A stretch of 52,977 nucleotides of DNA, the filler included, from Bipalium vagum (lineage: Eukaryota): NCBI GenBank assembly GCA_037834085.1. It is 3 parts of 3 records of this genome, joined end to end, with 100 filler letters (N's around TTAATTAATTAA, not from the genome) between each part and the next. Parts side by side here need not be neighbours in the genome. Positions count along the whole stretch, not along the records: positions 37,314 to 52,977 come from JBBMKC010153318.1; 2 more parts are not named here. The stretch is one strand, 5' to 3'. Of the stretch, positions 50,569-52,977 are shown piece after piece (the stretch's first letter is position 1; each line of letters opens with the position of its first letter). A program made the translations under genes and the position numbers. The notes under the pieces are model-generated. The model was given only the letters and a program-made list of their open reading frames with translations. It made no database searches and was not told the origin of the DNA.

Positions 50569-52172
50569 TAATAATAATAATAAATCTATAGTATTAAAAT
50601 TAATAAAAAAGTATATAATTTTCTCAAATAAAATTTATTTATTTTATAACCATAGTAAAACAACGAAATTATTGGCAAACGAATTGCGGAAACTCCACTC
50701 TAAATTTAACAGCCTCACATGATATCCGTATCCGTTCGAATTAATAAATCTTTGTAATGATGGCAGGGAAACGCAGAAAATAATAGATTTCATGTGATAA
50801 AGGTAAGAAAAAGATTAGAATATCAGTTTCCTTGACCATGTACCATAAAGGCATAAAAGGTCAATAAATGGTGAGTCACTCACATGAAAGTCTGGCGCAT
50901 TTTGGATATTCGAGCAGACTGACTATTCCAACCAGTTATGATCTGGAACTTCTCATAGTTTGAAAAGACCCCTAGACGAGACCAGAATTCGTCGTTCTCT
51001 GCGTTCGGTTCATAACAGTCAGAATAAATGTTATATACATTTATTCCTGCAAAGTATTGAATGGCCGAATTTACCTGAAGGGCGAGAACATAATTAACAA
51101 ATGGTGAAACGGTTGATTAATGAGTGAAGGGTTTTAAAACCCTAATTGATTGATCCATTAAACTAAATTGACATAAGTTTCACTTTTTCCTGACATTCTC
51201 TGTCATTGCTACCGGTAATGTCACAATGAGTGATATTTTGACCACGACAACACAGGGAAAGGATGGTGGACCATAGACTAAGAAACAGTGATAATATTAA
51301 TGAAACCCATACTTAATCAAACATCACCTGTCACTGATCAACCCATGATTGTAAGCGAAATACAAATTACCGTTCCTATTGAAATATCGACTGGACAAAC
51401 CATTTCCAACGGCAATACCCTTTACAAGACTTCAGTTACTCAACCAAGATTCACCAGACTTACTTTAAAGTTAACTGGCAGTCTGGGGTTAGTTGAAATA
51501 ATTCTATACGACAGCGTTGGAATGTAAATTCCCGCATAACTTTCTCCAGTAATGTAGAAATCTCTGAATTTGAATTGGGGAAATTTAATAAAGAAGTGTC
51601 GAAGAGCGTTGAAATTCAGGCTCGAGGTCTAGGAAACTTGGGTTAGAAGGTGCGAGGTAGACAAACACTAATCTTACGCTGTCATCAGTTGCATCACACT
51701 TGTCATCTTTGGAGAAGGAGAACCCTACACAACTTGGTGACTCCAGATAGAGAACATTCGCAATCTTTTGAAACTTCATTATGGAATTGGATGAAATGTA
51801 CTTACCTTGTTCCAACTATTCGGATTATGTATAAGATAACTTTCTGACGTGACCTTCAATATAGCATCACCATATATTAAGTAAGTACTAAATTTTTACT
51901 TGAAAAGGACCATTTTCTGTCAACAGTCCATCTAAAGAACTACAACCAGGACCTCCATTAAGCCACAGAACTAAGGGATCTGAGGTTGGTGATTTCTGAC
52001 TTTCGACAAACCAATAGTGCAACATTCTCTGATCAGATCCGTTCAAGTATCCGGAATAGTGCTTGAAGCTTGGCTGCCTTCGCAAACCTGGAAGAATGAC
52101 GACTTCATCTTCGTGAAAACCATCCACCAAAAGTGCAGCCGACAAAACTACCAAGACTAACTGCTGAAACAT
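49681..52172 (-). CDS. CTSA: Lysosomal protective protein / cathepsin A-like serine carboxypeptidase (S10), ~485-488 aa
   Basis: Exons 52172-51900, 51853-51806, 51764-51678, 51628-51464, 51419-51328, 51277-51184, 51074-50884, [50513-50276, or 50749-50719 + 50473-50276], 50231-50142, 49869-49681. It has a signal peptide [28 protein letters not shown], and the catalytic motifs [14 protein letters not shown] and [11 protein letters not shown]. Confidence 0.93.
50068..50106. repeat. (AT)n microsatellite in the last CTSA intron
   Basis: Directly visible, ~19 units. Confidence 0.95.
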
Positions 52173-52419
52173 TACTAAGATTACTAATCTAAACAAAGTC
52201 AATAAATAGTTCGAGGTAGACGATCTTTAGTCTTTGACCTGTCCCTTGGTTACTACAACTTCAATTTTAAATTTACATATCGATCTTTGCACTACAGTTT
52301 TTCAGATATTTATTTTTAATTCAGATTGTGAATCGGTGACAAATCTGTGGAAAGAATATCAACATAAAATAAAGAATACATTTAAATAATGAGTTTTCGT
52401 TAGTATTAAGCTGTTAGAT

Positions 52420-52700
52420 CAGAAGCGCGAGTCTTCAAGACTAAGCTGATGAGGGATACATTTGCCATAGGTATTTATTTTGACCATTGAATGTAAACGA
52501 TTTGCTAGGGCTACCTGGCTGCATTTGAAGCTCTCAGAAAGTTCTCGAGTGGTTTGTTGAAGCTCTGTCTCGATGACTTGTTTTAAGTCATGACCACCAA
52601 ATGTTTGAGAACGCTGTCCACACTGATCATTTTACAGATCATGTTTCCTTGTTTAAATCGTGAAACCATTCCTACATTCACTATTACCAATAAAAATATC
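52420..52700 (-). mobile_element. Mariner transposase N-terminal (HTH) fragment upstream of CTSA
   Basis: Minus-strand RFKQGN...DLKQVIETELQQTTRELSESFKCSQVALANRLHSMVKINTYGKCIPHQLS (WVPHEL-like). Confidence 0.8.
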
Positions 52701-52833
52701 ACCAAACAATTTGAATTTTATTTCCTTGTTTGAAATCATGCCACATACAAATGTGAATTTTGTAATTTTGGGCAGCCACATTTTAAAGTTGATTTTCCGA
52801 ATGAAATGAAAGATAATGTTAATAATATATATA

Positions 52834-52977
52834 ATGAAAGGCCTAATGAAAGGATTAATACACCGAGTTTGGTCCTTAACATGAGATTATAAGCAGATTA
52901 ATATAGAGTTGAATGAACTAAAGAGAAGATTACAAAATAATGCGTATCCAAATTGGAAAATTGAAAAGACGATAGAA
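52834..52977 (+). mobile_element. Penelope-like element fragment (post-RT region), runs off the window
   Basis: KGLIHRVWSLT*DYKQINIELNELKRRLQNNAYPNWKIEKTI matches the L..R....S......EL.....L..NGYP...I pattern of Penelope-like element ORFs. Confidence 0.7.

Noticed and set aside
52446-52460. CTGATGAG as a hammerhead core
   Set aside because: No stem II or GAAA follows; it is the antisense of the mariner PHQL codons.
1-52977. CRISPR arrays, tRNA, rRNA, operon-like prokaryotic systems
   Set aside because: No regularly spaced repeats, cloverleafs or rRNA-like segments were seen, and the window is clearly spliceosomal eukaryotic DNA.

Overview
This is very AT-rich, intron-containing animal genomic DNA. 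Many introns are only 41-70 nt and there are two scaffold gaps. A planarian/flatworm-like source is my inference only. Three host genes can be spliced by hand into intact ORFs: EFR3 (+, 5293-14881), a squid/hnRNP D-like double-RRM gene (+, 38491-47519) and a cathepsin A-type serine carboxypeptidase (-, 52172-49681). Two exons of an AIP3-domain (SRCIN1/KIAA1217-like) coiled-coil gene lie at 29396-33340. Most of the rest is decayed mobile DNA: an RLE-class non-LTR retrotransposon, a multi-zinc-knuckle gag-like relic, several mariner/Tc1/IS630/pogo relics, Penelope-like traces, and three copies of an LTR-like repeat carrying strongly conserved palindromic blocks. The most notable items are (1) a Polinton/Maverick-type virion module relic (minor capsid - packaging ATPase - major capsid) lying between two same-orientation copies of that LTR-like repeat, (2) a candidate UAGG-rich poison exon in the hnRNP gene, (3) a frame-coupled microexon cluster in EFR3, and (4) a degenerate minimal hammerhead ribozyme. 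All family calls come from reading motifs by eye; no database search was run.
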